This document shows, piece after piece, positions 23,853 through 37,285 of a DNA stretch of 64,000 bases (position 1 is the stretch's first letter; every line of letters starts with the position of its first letter). The DNA comes from Octopus bimaculoides (taxonomy: Eukaryota). Below the pieces are notes generated by a model. It made no database searches. It was given only the letters and a program-made list of their open reading frames with translations, and had not been told where the DNA came from. Position numbers and translations under genes: made by a program. The DNA is taken from the NCBI RefSeq assembly GCF_001194135.2, contig NC_068989.1:63470124-63534123 (forward strand), written 5' to 3'.

Positions 23853-24502
23853 TAAAAAAATTTTGGTATATANNNNNNNNNNNNNNNNNNNNNNNNNNNN
23901 NNNNNNNNNNNNNNNNNNNNNNNNNNNNNNNNNNNNNNNNNNNNNNNNNNNNNNNNNNNNNNNNNNNNNNNNNNNNNNNNNNNNNNNNNNNNNNNNNNNN
24001 NNNNNNNNNNNNNNNNNNNNNNNNNNNNNNNNNNNNNNNNNNNNNNNNNNNNNNNNNNNNNNNNNNNNNNNNNNNNNNNNNNNNNNNNNNNNNNNNNNNN
24101 NNNNNNNNNNNNNNNNNNNNNNNNNNNNNNNNNNNNNNNNNNNNNNNNNNNNNNNNNNNNNNNNNNNNNNNNNNNNNNNNNNNNNNNNNNNNNNNNNNNN
24201 NNNNNNNNNNNNNNNNNNNNNNNNNNNNNNNNNNNNNNNNNNNNNNNNNNNNNNNNNNNNNNNNNNNNNNNNNNNNNNNNNNNNNNNNNNNNNNNNNNNN
24301 NNNNNNNNNNNNNNNNNNNNNNNNNNNNNNNNNNNNNNNNNNNNNNNNNNNNNNNNNNNNNNNNNNNNNNNNNNNNNNNNNNNNNNNNNNNNNNNNNNNN
24401 NNNNNNNNNNNNNNNNNNNNNNNNNNNNNNNNNNNNNNNNNNNNNNNNNNNNNNNNNNNNNNNNNNNNNNNNNNNNNNNNNNNNNNNNNNNNNNNNNNNN
24501 NN

Positions 24503-25425
24503 AATTTCCAGAATAAGACCAAAACGTTTTGATAGAAACCATCGGACTCTTATGCGAATTGTTAAAAAGGTTCAGAAAGGTACAGCTCCCAAAATTAATG
24601 CAGAGCTTAATGACGACCTCGAAATCCCAGTTTCCAGCAATACAGTTCGCTGGAAGCTTCACAAAGTCGGATTTCACGGGAGGGCTGCAATCAGAAAATC
24701 ACTACCTTCAAAAACAAACGTTACAAAGTGTTTAGAGTGGAGTAAAAACCTACAGAATTGATCCCTAGAGTAGTGGAAGAATGTTATTTTCTCGGACGAG
24801 TTATTCTTTACCTTATTTCCGACTACCGGCCGAGTATACGTGTAGAGACAGCCAAACGAAGAATTTGATCCAGACTGCCTTCTTCCAAATGTTAAACATG
24901 GAGGAGGTTCTGTGATGATCTAGTGGGGCTATATCTTAGAATTCCGCCGCCCAATGGTTTCCCTTCATGGTAGAATTAAGAGTCAAGACTTTTAGGCCTT
25001 TTATCTGAATCAAATTCATCCTATGGTTGCGGAACTGTTTCCAGAGGGAAACGCATTCTTTCAGGATGATAACAAACCAAATCACACAGCTAAAATTGTT
25101 ACTGAATGGCATGAGGAACATTCTAGTGAAGTTGAACATCTTATCTGACCAACACAGTCCCCAGATCTCAATATTATTGAACGTTTATGGTGCATTTTAG
25201 TAAATCAAGTAAGGATTCGATATCCTCCACCGTTATCACTGTAAGAACTGGAGACTGTTTTAGCTGCAGAATGGATAAAAATTCCTTTGGAAAACAATTG
25301 AAACTTTTCACGAGTCCATACCTCATAGTATTTAAGCTGCAATATCTGCCAAAGCTAGTCCTAACCCACATTAAACTAAATTTGTTTAGATTTTCAGATG
25401 TTTCCATTATTTTGTCCAACCCCCG
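24503..25425 (+). mobile_element. Decayed Tc1-type transposon (DD36E spacing) with right TIR; left end lost in gap
   Basis: VIFSDE, VKHGGGSVM, FQDDNKPNH...*PTQSPDLNIIE; TIR-like CAGATGTTTCCATTATTTTGTCCAACCCCCG at 25395-25425. Confidence 0.93.
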
Positions 25426-25440
25426 AATATATACCGCACC

Positions 25441-25486
<46 letters not shown>

Positions 25487-26858
25487 TGTAGACTCACATG
25501 TATGTATATCTGTATGTATTTTTGTTATTTTACAACAAAATTATTGCCATTAGGAATTTTATGCACATTAATGAGATCTCAATTGACGTATTTTTGAATT
25601 TAGTCTAGAGAAGATAAGTTCTGCATATACATACACACTTANNNNNNNNNNNNNNNNNNNNNNNNNNNNNNNNNNNNNNNNNNNNNNNNNNNNNNNNNNN
25701 NNNNNNNNNNNNNNNNNNNNNNNNNNNNNNNNNNNNNNNNNNNNNNNNNNNNNNNNNNNNNNNNNNNNNNNNNNNNNNNNNNNNNNNNNNNNNNNNNNNN
25801 NNNNNNNNNNNNNNNNNNNNNNNNNNNNNNNNNNNNNNNNNNNNNNNNNNNNNNNNNNNNNNNNNNNNNNNNNNNNNNNNNNNNNNNNNNNNNNNNNNNN
25901 NNNNNNNNNNNNNNNNNNNNNNNNNNNNNNNNNNNNNNNNNNNNNNNNNNNNNNNNTATATATACATATATATATTGCGGTTGTATGTTCGGGTATAAAA
26001 AAATATGATGTATACATACAAACACATATCATTGTAGCATATTTTCTGGTCAAGAGGAATATGTGCTTCGAATATATTCTTAGAAGTCAGTGTTAGAATT
26101 ACATTTTCATTACTTTATCCCTTATTTTTTTCTGTAAAGTCATTCTTTTTCTTTTCGGCTCTTGTAGAAAATTACGATATTCATTTTTAGATGAAATAGT
26201 TAATGTGAGAATTTAAATACCTCTATATTTCAATAGGTTGAATTAAGTTCGGTAATAAAAAATATTAAGCGATACAATTAAAAGTAGACGACTGTGTTAG
26301 AGTAACGAAAATATTAAATGGAAGCACAATATGCCATGTGGTATAAATATATACATGCTTTTAATGTATCTTCTCCAGACACAGTTAATAAAAAATTCAA
26401 TTTAAAAATAAGCCCAACATTAATGTGCGTAAAAGTAATAATGGCAATAATTTTTGTCGCAAATATAACCAATATACAGTTTTTGAGCAAATCTTTTTAT
26501 CAATGAATGCAATAAACATGGAATTAGTTCTTGTTCTGGAGCAATAATATCATGAAATATAATGATGTCTAAAACGGAAAGAGACTAGATTATAAATCAT
26601 GTCATATATTATGGTAAATACATATATTTTCTCTGATTAAAAGCTCGTTTATCTGGTTCTTGCAGTAATAAATTTATTTTTGAAATACAGATATCGTAAA
26701 TTAAAGAATGGAAAACTTTATATAAAGTTATTCATTAGATACACGACCGACTATTTCGATAGTTTGCATAAAAAGAAAAGAAAACACAATATCCCATTCC
26801 ACCCAAAAATATTAATAAAAAAAATAGATCATCTACAGTATCGCTGGGAGATAACACT

Positions 26859-27012
26859 TTAATCAAAGTACCCGTCTTCAGATTTCACCACAAACCTCAA
26901 GAAAGCTTCGGAACCTCACTCATGCATGCTTCATTGTGTACCTGATTGCTTCTTTGATCTTGCAAACCAGCTCAGCCTTGCTGTTACAGGCAGAACTGTT
27001 AATTTCAAATAG
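26859..27012 (-). mobile_element. C-terminal fragment of a Tc1/mariner (maT/DD37D-like) transposase
   Basis: Minus strand: NSSACNSKAELVCKIKEA...KHA*VRFRSFLE...EDGYFD*, resembling the ...AC..F..RLEAVV...GGYFE* C-terminus as I recall it. Confidence 0.5.
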
Positions 27013-27113
27013 GAATCAATTTCAGCAGACATTGAGGGTAGTATGCAGATAAACAAATTAAATATATTAAACATAACAGCTTCAGTATAAAATACAAAAT
27101 ATGTATATATGTA

Positions 27114-27906
27114 CATGGTCTGAACAATAAGTATCCGGACTGTGGCTTTAGTATCGACACTAAAGCACTCAGATAGTTCAGCTGTGCATGCGCACTAAGT
27201 TTTAGCGTTCTAACTCACTTCCGCTGTTTACAACAGTGCTTGAAAATAACGTGTGCAATGTGTGGTCATCGCATTGAACATGACGGAGAAAGTTGAGCAA
27301 AGAATCTGCATTAAATTTTACCAAAAGCTTAGTGATTCCTGCTTAGAGGCCTATGAAAGTTTTCAAAAAGTTTTCATCGTTCTCGACACAGTCAAGGAGA
27401 TTTTGTGCAACTGAAACCCGAGTGTTTTTTTTTTGGTCAGCTGAAAACAGTTTTGGCAGACACTCGTCTCATACCCAAATCTTCAATGATAATAGACTGA
27501 ACTGTAACCAATCTGCACATCCTCTGATAACTCACAGATAGTGATTCGACGATTTCCCCTGACGGTTGCACGCACATCTCCGACGTTTTTCTCAGTTCTG
27601 CTGTTTGTGGGTATTCCGGAAAGTTTGTCACTATCGACAATTTTCGACCATCTTGGAAACGTCTGAACCACTCGTATACTTGTATGCGATTCATACATTC
27701 CTTTCGATACACTTTCTGCAACTTTACTTAGGCGTCTGAGCAGGTATCATCATGACAACTGTAAACAGGAAAAGTGAGCTAGAACGTTAAAACTTAGTGC
27801 GCATGCACAACAGCGGTCGAGATCAGTCTGTGCCAAGCGGCTTCACTCTCCATGTTTTAGCTTCGTTACTATGGCAACATTCCGGATATTTATTGCTCAG
27901 ACCCCG
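27114..27906. mobile_element. Mariner-derived element made of two 5' ends fused head-to-head
   Basis: TIRs CATGGTCTGAACAATAAGTATCCGGA (27114-27139) and the reverse complement of 27881-27906; both arms share the sub-terminal GTGCATGCGCACTAAGTTTTA block. Plus arm encodes MTEKVEQRICIKF; minus arm encodes QVYEWFRRFQDGR...EDLGMRRVSAK...ENDENFLK. Confidence 0.88.
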
Positions 27907-29024
27907 CATAGATGCACAACGAGAGACAACAAAGAGCGGAGACTTTCAGATGGTGTATATTTAAGTATAAATATATAGATATTTATATTAATAGATCCAA
28001 CTTACACAGAGTACAAACGATCTAAAATGTAAGATCTGGTGTACCTTGATCACGGAGCCTCGCTATATCCAACGTTGATTACTTCCATTGCGGCGTACAT
28101 ATGACAGTGAACTACATCGACAAACATTATGATGAATCTCCGAAACAGCTCTCGGACTTATAATACTTACTTCCATCCCTTTCATTCACTCTATCTTTTC
28201 TCCGTGGAAGCTGGCTCTATCAATTTTTTTCACTTTCAAAAGTTTGGTATGTAATAACACTATTTTCTTGGCATTCGGAATAATGATATTTGAGGCATAC
28301 AAATAAGGAATACATTAAAACAAGTGGTTCATGGTACCCTGAAGCGTGATGGAGCAAAATAGAAGTTAAATTTTTACCGTTGTTATTGATGCGCCAGGAA
28401 GTTCGTAGCCATATAACTCTGCCTTCTTCGCCATAAAGTTGGACAAGTTGAAAACATTTCAAACAGTCCCTAAAGGTGAACGTTACACACAGTTTATGGC
28501 TTCAGTGAAAAACATTAAAGTAATGAGAATTTGTAAGAGAATTCGTTTTCTTTCTCAATATATGCGTCGTCATAAATTCTTATAGACCAGCAATTGCTTC
28601 CTGATGTCGACTAAAATTGTTACCTAGCATTTGTGTCGGTTCGTAGATTTCAGTTTTAATTCCTTTTATATCCAGGATATATTATAACAGTTTTTTGATT
28701 GGAGAGATAATGGAAGCACTACAATATTTTAGGGACTGACGAGGACAGAGAAATTTCTGTTTTCAAATAAATAAGATGATCTGAAACACTTAAAACTGAC
28801 TCCTCAAACACAATGGTGACGATGAATGAAGCGGTTTATTAAAGGTGTTTCTCGAGATTAGCCCCCTTTTGCTGGAAAAATGTTGACTCATGTTTTCTTA
28901 GTGTCTTCATTTAATTAAAGTATCACTGCTTTATTAGCACATTTTTTTTGATTCGGATCCTCATTTGCATTTTAGATAATATATTTTTTCTCAGTTTATG
29001 AAAATCATTATCTACTGGAGATAG

Positions 29025-29235
29025 CATTTAATATCCGGCCATAGCCGGCCCACACCTTCTACATGTTTTATGTTATATTGACCAGATCCAATCTCTCACA
29101 TCTATAATTTCATTCTAAAGCATACAAGTACAGTATTGAAATCTTGAAGCTACAAAACAACGAGTGATTACTTCGAAACAATACGTATAAAGAAGCAATA
29201 CATTTCACAAAGAACTTTGAATGATAAAGGGTTAA
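29025..29235. mobile_element. Probable end of a non-autonomous piggyBac-like element
   Basis: Ends in AAAGGG|TTAA (CCCTTT-type terminus plus TTAA). No partner end was found; family call rests on recall. Confidence 0.4.
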
Positions 29236-30072
29236 ACTTTTGGAGAAATAATTCATTTATTTTACGCCTTATAGATTTGAATGTCACCATGTTAGCGATA
29301 AGGATTTGGCTGTAAGCATTTATAAGTGTCAGTATGCCTGTGCACGCGTGTGTATGGATAATCGTTTCTAACGGTTTCACAAGCAGACGATTTGAAAAAT
29401 GCGCGTTTCTCACGAAACCTTCCGATTTTAGTTTTCGATCGAACACCCCAGAAAGATAATTATTTACTTTATATAAGTGTCATATACAAAACTCTTGGGT
29501 ACTGAGCCACTTTCCAATTTTCTGCAAAATAATAAATATAATTTTTTTAAATAAGTATTTATTGAAGTATTTATTTGTATTTATATCGCTTGTTCTAAAG
29601 ATACGTAATACACACTCACACACACACACACACACACACACAGATATGTATTATGTATATATNNNNNNNNNNNNNNNNNNNNNNNNNNNNNNNNNNNNNN
29701 NNNNNNNNNNNNNNNNNNNNNNNNNNNNNNNNNNNNNNNNNNNNNNNNNNNNNNNNNNNNNNNNNNNNNNNNNNNNNNNNNNNNNNNNNNNNNNNNNNNN
29801 NNNNNNNNNNNNNNNNNNNNNNNNNNNNNNNNNNNNNNNNNNNNNNNNNNNNNNNNNNNNNNNNNNNNNNNNNNNNNNNNNNNNNNNNNNNNNNNNNNNN
29901 NNNNNNNNNNNNNNNNNNNNNNNNNNNNNNNNNNNNNNNNNNNNNNNNNNNNNNNNNNNNNNNNNNNNNNNNNNNNNNNNNNNNNNNNNNNNNNNNNNNN
30001 NNNNNNNNNNNNNNNNNNNNNNNNNNNNNNNNNNNNNNNNNNNNNNNNNNNNNNNNNNNNNNNNNNNNNNNN

Positions 30073-30105
<33 letters not shown>

Positions 30106-31905
30106 CATATATATACATCATACATGTGTGTGTATGTATGTACGTTTGCATGTATCTTTGTATGTATGTATTTATGTATGTGTGTATGTATGTATGTATG
30201 TATGTATGTATGTATATATGTATGGTGGGGTTGTCGTAGTCTGTGGGAGAGATGTTTGTATATCGGGGAAGAGAAAGAGAGATATTTGTGTATGAAAGAA
30301 AAAAAGTAACATTAAAGATTTTATCAGTGAAATATTGCTCAGTCCATAGATAATCAATAATCGCCTGGTTCAGCGTTATCAGACAAAACTATCAATCTGC
30401 ACCTGATTAAATCGAATTAGTATATTCAATTTTGGCGTGACAATCATATCGGATTTCCTGTAGTCTTTTATTGAACTTTGATGCAGCCCAGAAACACACA
30501 CAGAGACAAAAAACATATATATGCATATGTGTGTATGTATGTGTATCTATCCCTCTATATATGTGTTTGTTTGCAAGTATGTACATGTGTATATGTATAT
30601 ATGTATATGTATGTGTATGATTGCATAATATATATATATATATATATATTAATATAAGCAAAAAGTAAGTATACTTGCAAGTGTGTATGTGTGTGCGTAT
30701 TAAATGTATGTATGCCAACAATATTGTTTCAACATGATTGTTTATTACTATATCTCTGTAGTCGTGTATGCTAAATAATTTTGACTAATAAACACTAATA
30801 CGTTAATTCATAAATGTGTGTGTGTACGCATGTATGCGCTTATGTATTTGAGCGTGAGCTTTCCTTTATTATATGCGTCTAACGTATGTTTACGTTGTCT
30901 GTATACCAGTCAGATATTCGAAGCCACATAAAACTTAGCTACGATTATATATTTTTTTCTATAAAATACTATGTAAATTTAACATAACCACTTATGTATG
31001 TCTTAATCTAAATGTATTTTCTCATGTCTTTATTGATGTGCGCTGTAAGATAAATATACATACATTTGTTGCACATTGCGCATTATTTACTGGCGCAAAT
31101 GTTTCTTTGCTTTTTCATTATTTTTATTTTCTTTCCGCTTGTTGATAAAAAGACAACTGAAGTGTATCGGTAATTATTGGTTTAATTTAATCAATGATTC
31201 ACATTATTTGTATTAACATAGCCAAGTCTGTGTTCTTGAAGTAGTAATATAGATGACTAGCGCATACTTAGCAAATTCATCGAACACTTTACACTTTATA
31301 TAGAATATATATTATAAGAATGCAGAAAAAATAATAAATGGAAGTGCCGTGTATGCATTTGAAGTGGACATACATTTATGACTGTTTACCTGGTTCCACT
31401 TTCTGTGGTGCCTGTAATAATACAATGAACACATTCTTATCTCCTTTTACATGTTACATTACAAATTTATTGAAACATACGAGCTACACGCAGGCACACT
31501 CAAGCGAATGCCTACCCACACATACGAACGTATTCTGAGAGAGAGAGATTGGGGAACATTTAATCTCTATAGGATGCTACGTTAATATACATCCGTTGTG
31601 ATTAAGCATCCAGTTGTACTTCGAACACCCCAATATTATTATCCTAAACAACTTACAACAGTGAAACGTACGTTGGGGCAGAAATGATATACACTTGTGT
31701 TTATCGTAGTTTATCTTATATTTGCCTTGCATATCACAATAAGTAACACTACTAAATATAATAGTGAAGTAAGCCTTATAATAGAAGCAAACTGGGTCAT
31801 GGTGATGTACATGGAGTAGCTGTTTATTGAACACAGTGTTTCTTAACTCTGGTCCATATGTCCCCTGAGGTTTCGACATAACAAAGTACTAAATTGTGTA
31901 TCCAC

Positions 31906-32330
31906 AGGCGCAGGAGTGGCTGTGTGGTAAGTAGCTTGCTTACCAACCACATGGTTCTTAATTCATTCCTACTGCGTGGCACCATGGGCAACTGTCTTCT
32001 ACTATAGCTTCGGGCTGACCAAAGCCTTTTGAGTGGATTTGGTAGACGGAAACTGAAAGAAGCCCGTCGTATATATGTATATATATATATATGTATGTGT
32101 GTGTATATGTTTGTATCTGTGTTTGTCCCCCCGCCCAACATAACTTGACAACAGTTGGTGGTGTGTTTACGTCCCCGTAACTTAGCGGTTCGGGAAAGAG
32201 AACGATAGAATAAGTGCTAGGGTTCCAAAGAATAAGTCCTGGGGTCGATTTGCTCGACTAAAGGTGGTGCTCCAGCATGGCCGCAGCCAAATGACTGAAA
32301 CAAGTAAAAGAGAAAAAGAGTAAAAGAGAG
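31906..32330 (+). mobile_element. tRNA-derived SINE, family B, full length with internal (TA)n(TG)n
   Basis: Head GGCGCAGGAGTGGCTGTGTGGTAAG; tail GACTGAAACAAGTAAAAGAG repeats; homologous to 19985-20384. Confidence 0.93.
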
Positions 32331-32394
32331 TATTATTGAAAAGGTGCATGAAAAAAAAATTGCTTTAAATGTATTTATTGCAAGAGGCTGCTAC

Positions 32395-32558
32395 GATTAT
32401 ATCGACCCCAGTGCGTAACTGGTATTTATTTAATCGTCCCTGAAAGGATGAAAGGCAAAGTCGACCTCGGCGGAATTTGAACTCAGAACGTAGCGGCAAA
32501 CGAAATACTGCTAAGCATTTCGTCCGGCATGCTAACGTTTCTGCCAGCTCGCCCCCTT
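32395..32558 (-). mobile_element. SINE family A
   Basis: GAAAGGATGAAAGGCAAAGTCGACCTCGGCGGAATTTGAACTC on the forward strand; homolog of 2387-2604. Confidence 0.92.
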
Positions 32559-32944
32559 TAACATGTTTCTGGTCACTCAGACATGTTCCCTCAGAGATTT
32601 CTATTGCCAACTTACACAAATGAATGAGGAAAAGACAAAATAGGAATATTGAATAAAAAAGGGTCTATTTAACCACTTTTTGAACATCGAATGGTTCTGG
32701 GGTGTCTACCAGAATAAAATAATAGTCAAAGGTCCTTAGGCAAAAAATGGTTGAAAAGCACTGATCTAACTGTATACTCAAGAGATACCATATGTGCNNN
32801 NNNNNNNNNNNNNNNNNNNNNNNNNNNNNNNNNNNNNNNNNNNNNNNNNNNNNNNNNNNNNNNNNNNNNNNNNNNNNNNNNNNNNNNNNNNNNNNNNNNN
32901 NNNNNNNNNNNNNNNNNNNNNNNNNNNNNNNNNNNNNNNNNNNN

Positions 32945-33002
<58 letters not shown>

Positions 33003-34075
33003 GCGTATGTGTGTGTGCGCGCCTGTGTGTGTTTGTATATGTGTGTGAGAGATTGTGTATGTGTTTGTGTGCGTATGTGTTGTGGGTGTGCGTGTGTGTG
33101 TGTGTGTGTGCTTATCAACCTGCTTGTGTCTGTCTGTACGTGGATGTGTGTACGAATGAGTATATATTATAATGGCCACTTTATAAATTATAGCTGTTAA
33201 TTATGATATTACATATATTTGCTAGAGTTTTACTTGTTCTAGGAGTTATATATTTTTTGTCTTAAACTGTATCTTCCACCTTACGATAGAAGTCGGTATG
33301 TAAATTATCCTGTAAAAATCTACACTGAGTTTACAGACTTTTAATTTTACTTGTACTGGATGTAAAAAAAAAATGTCAGAAAGAATTGGCATCAAAATTG
33401 TCAAATATAACCAATATAGAATATTGAAAATGTCAGCTCTTTAGGAGATAAAAGTGTTCTTCATTTTGCTTATTCGACTTACTTGTACCAAGCGAAGTTT
33501 GAGTGTCTGCTTTTAACAGCTTCTTCTTCTTTGAAATAATTGTTTAACACCCAGGTGTACAATATTCCTACATTTCCAGAATGCCAGTATGTTACTTTAT
33601 TGTATTACTCTCTGTTATTTTTGTTCCTGATATCAGTATTAGTAAACTGCGTTTGATATTTAATATGCTTCTTACTCAAGTCATGACACTAGTGTAGAAT
33701 TACATGGAAATGAATAAAGTTGATTTTATTGTATCAGCGCTTTCTTCTGTCAGATAATATATTTCAGCTTATTCATAAAAGTCGCACAGAAAATTAAAAT
33801 AAGGTAATTTTTCATAAACGTCATTTCTTTTTCTACCATGTTACAGTTCGTGACAAACATCTTTCTAAGTGTCTTGTTATCTACGCTCCAGAAATTGCGT
33901 TCCAAAAGAAGAAAGTTTTTACTCACTAAAATTTTACATTTAGGACTCTGTAGAGTTTGAACTAAAGACATTGACAAACGAAATAAATATAACAAGAAAA
34001 TTTTTCTGACGATACAGTGCGTTGCCTTAGATATATTATTCTATGCGTTATTCGATCTACTATAGTATTTCACAT

Positions 34076-34461
34076 GTTGTTGGCACTCCGTCGCTTACGA
34101 CGATGAGGGTTCCAGTTCATCCGATCAACGGAACAGCCTGCTCGTGAAATTAAAGTGCAAGTGGCTGAGCACTCCACAGACACGTGTACCCTTAACGTAG
34201 TTCTCGGGGATATTCAGCGTGACACAGTGTGACAAGGCTGGCCCTTTGAAATACAGGTACACCAGAAACAGGAAGAAAGACTGAGAGAAAGTTGTGGTGA
34301 AAGAGTACAGCAGGGTTCGCCACCACCACCCCCTGCCGAAAGCCTCGTGGAGCTTTAGGTGTTTTCGCTCAATAAACACTCACAACGTCCGGTCTGGGAA
34401 TCGAAACCGCGATCCTATGACCGCGAGTCCACTGCCCTAACCACTGGGCCATTGCGCCTCC
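34076..34461 (-). mobile_element. SINE family C, full length with intact tRNA-like head
   Basis: Minus strand: GGAGGCGCAATGGCCCAGTGGTTAGGGCAGTGGACTCGCGGTCATAGGATCGCGGTTTCGATTCCC; homolog of 3064-3418. Confidence 0.94.
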
Positions 34462-35079
34462 ACATTGCACATCTGCGTCAGGATGCTGTAATATTATACG
34501 GAAGAATATTTTTTAACATACAAAACGCTTGTATTTATATGAAGGAAACCGTACAGTATCAATTCCTTTAGATGAGATACTTAAATTAGAAAAATCGTTA
34601 AATGAATGTAATGCTATATCTTTACTACAACAATAATTGAAAGGTAGTTCCAAGCAAATATTACTTTTAAAATATTACTACGGATATTGAATACAGTTTT
34701 TTATTATGTCCCTATCTGTATTTTAACTTAACAGGTACTTATTAATGACAGGCTTCGGATCCTAGAAAGGATTATATTTTGAAAAGGACTGTATTCGTTG
34801 TTATGCAGATTTATTCATCAATGAAACCCATAGACTTTCTTAGGGTTTTGCTAGTTTATATCAGTCTCCTTGTCAAGTTGTTTGTTGGATGACACTTAAC
34901 TATGGAGTAAAATTGATGATATAATTGAAAACTTATAGAAAATCCCGTATATACTCTAGTAAGTACGGGACTTTCTATATACACTGTTGACTTACGGGTA
35001 TCTTCTGTCCTTGACTCTAGGTTGCTCTTCTTATTAAAATATCTCAGTTGTATTTGATCCTGCAAATAATTATAAATAA

Positions 35080-35120
<41 letters not shown>

Positions 35121-35391
35121 NNNNNNNNNNNNNNNNNNNNNNNNNNNNNNNNNNNNNNNNNNNNNNNNNNNNNNNNNNNNNNNNNNNNNNNNNNNNNNNN
35201 NNNNNNNNNNNNNNNNNNNNNNNNNNNNNNNNNNNNNNNNNNNNNNNNNNNNNNNNNNNNNNNNNNNNNNNNNNNNNNNNNNNNNNNNNNNNNNNNNNNN
35301 NNNNNNNNNNNNNNNNNNNNNNNNNNNNNNNNNNNNNNNNNNNNNNNNNNNNNNTATATATATATATGTATATATTATATATATATATACA

Positions 35392-35620
35392 TTCACGATC
35401 TCTAGATCGTAGTTTCAATTCCTAGACCGAGAGGGGAGTTGTGATCTTGAGCAAAACACTTCATCTCCTTTTGTTCTACAATCGAATCGACATCTGACGC
35501 GTGGTACACCGTCCACCTGTTTAGAAAACGTCGATTTAATGGAGAGGATGAGATAATGTGCGGCACGAACATGTGATCACTATAAACAAATGATTTGCGC
35601 AGGTCGTTTGACAAAAGATG
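35392..35620 (+). mobile_element. SINE family D, decayed
   Basis: GTTTCAATTCC B box followed by GTTGTGATCTTGAGCAAAACACTTCAT. Confidence 0.7.
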
Positions 35621-35658
35621 AACGCTAATACATCGTCGGGTTCGACTGGACATATATG

Positions 35659-35701
<43 letters not shown>

Positions 35702-36596
35702 CTATTTGTCTGTCCCTATGTATGTATGTGTATGTAATGGCCTGTCCTATCGCAGAACCAGTACTTTGGAAACTTCTAACGTTACAGCGATTAATTACTC
35801 ACATTACTAGAAATTGGTAATATTTGATTTTATCGGCCCGAGTTCTACTCACCCATGCATAAATTGTTCTTTCGTTTCATATGTAATACAATATTCCAGC
35901 AATCATGTCGGTTCAGTTTGATGAATCATACATCTTTTTTCAAGAATCGAACTTGTGTCTGGTAATACAGAGGCCCGAGTTATAAGTATGAACACCAAAT
36001 TGTTTGATAATAAAATGTATTCAATAAATCGGTATTTGTTCAAACTTAATGCAATCACTGCTCGACTTTTAGAATTGAAACAATACTAGCAAAGACTAAA
36101 ACCAGAATCAAATTCACCGATTGATCATGTCGTGGTTAACAGAAAATGCTCAAAGTTAACCGAGATATCAACAACACACTTTACCTCTGAGAGAAATATC
36201 TCTTTGAAGATAGCATTAACTTGCGCGACAGAACCATGTCATTATGCTATGGACACATTTCAAAGCTCAATACAGCAATACGCCGGATATTATACTGATA
36301 CCCACTTCACTAAGTAATTTCTTGGTCTATTGAACATAAAACATTGCTTCAACGCTCAAGAGGCTTTTAGTGTACATGTACATATGCTTTGTATGCAGCC
36401 ATATGTGTAGCAACGTGTAAAGAGATGCAGGTACATACATATACAAACATTGATGTGTATAAATATGTACACTTCTTTCTCTCCCTCGCTCTGTCCGTAA
36501 ATGTGAATATATACATAGGTAGATATGCAGATATACATATACATTTATATATATATAGCACTTTCATGCACTTAATAGATAGATAAACAGATAGAC

Positions 36597-36647
<51 letters not shown>

Positions 36648-37241
36648 AGTTTCCGCGTGTTCATGAATATTTATAGCTGCTTTGTTAATTTGTTGATATT
36701 TCTAAATGTCTTTATATGTATCATGTACACATGCATATATATATATGCGTGTCTACGTTCGTACTTATGTATGTGTTTGTTTAAAAGTACAATTTGCTTA
36801 TGAGCAATATGACAGTCTCCGCACAGAAACGGATTTGAATGAAACAACTTAGCATGTAAATATGCATGTAAAAGGCCACACATTCTCACAGACAAACAGA
36901 TTTTCATAAACCATATATGTTGCATATATGTTAACTTAGATGAGATGTTAATCTTATAAACATATTCAACAGGGAAATATGGTGCGAAATAAAAACATAC
37001 GATGTTTACGCTACGAAACTTTTCTCGACTGTTTGGGATTAAGTGTAAATAACTTTATGATATTAATCTTTATATATATGTATTTATACAAATCCATTTA
37101 TGCATAATAAGTCTCATACACACATACATGAACACATAGGCACACATGTAATATATATACGTGTATGCACGTGTGTGTGTGTGTGTGTCTGCGTGTTTTG
37201 TGTGTATTTATACATTATATATATATATAATCACATATATA

Positions 37242-37285
<44 letters not shown>

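Noticed and set aside
34395-34461. tRNA-like cloverleaf heads in SINE families A-D
   Set aside because: They run into SINE bodies and lack proper acceptor stems; called SINEs, not tRNA genes.
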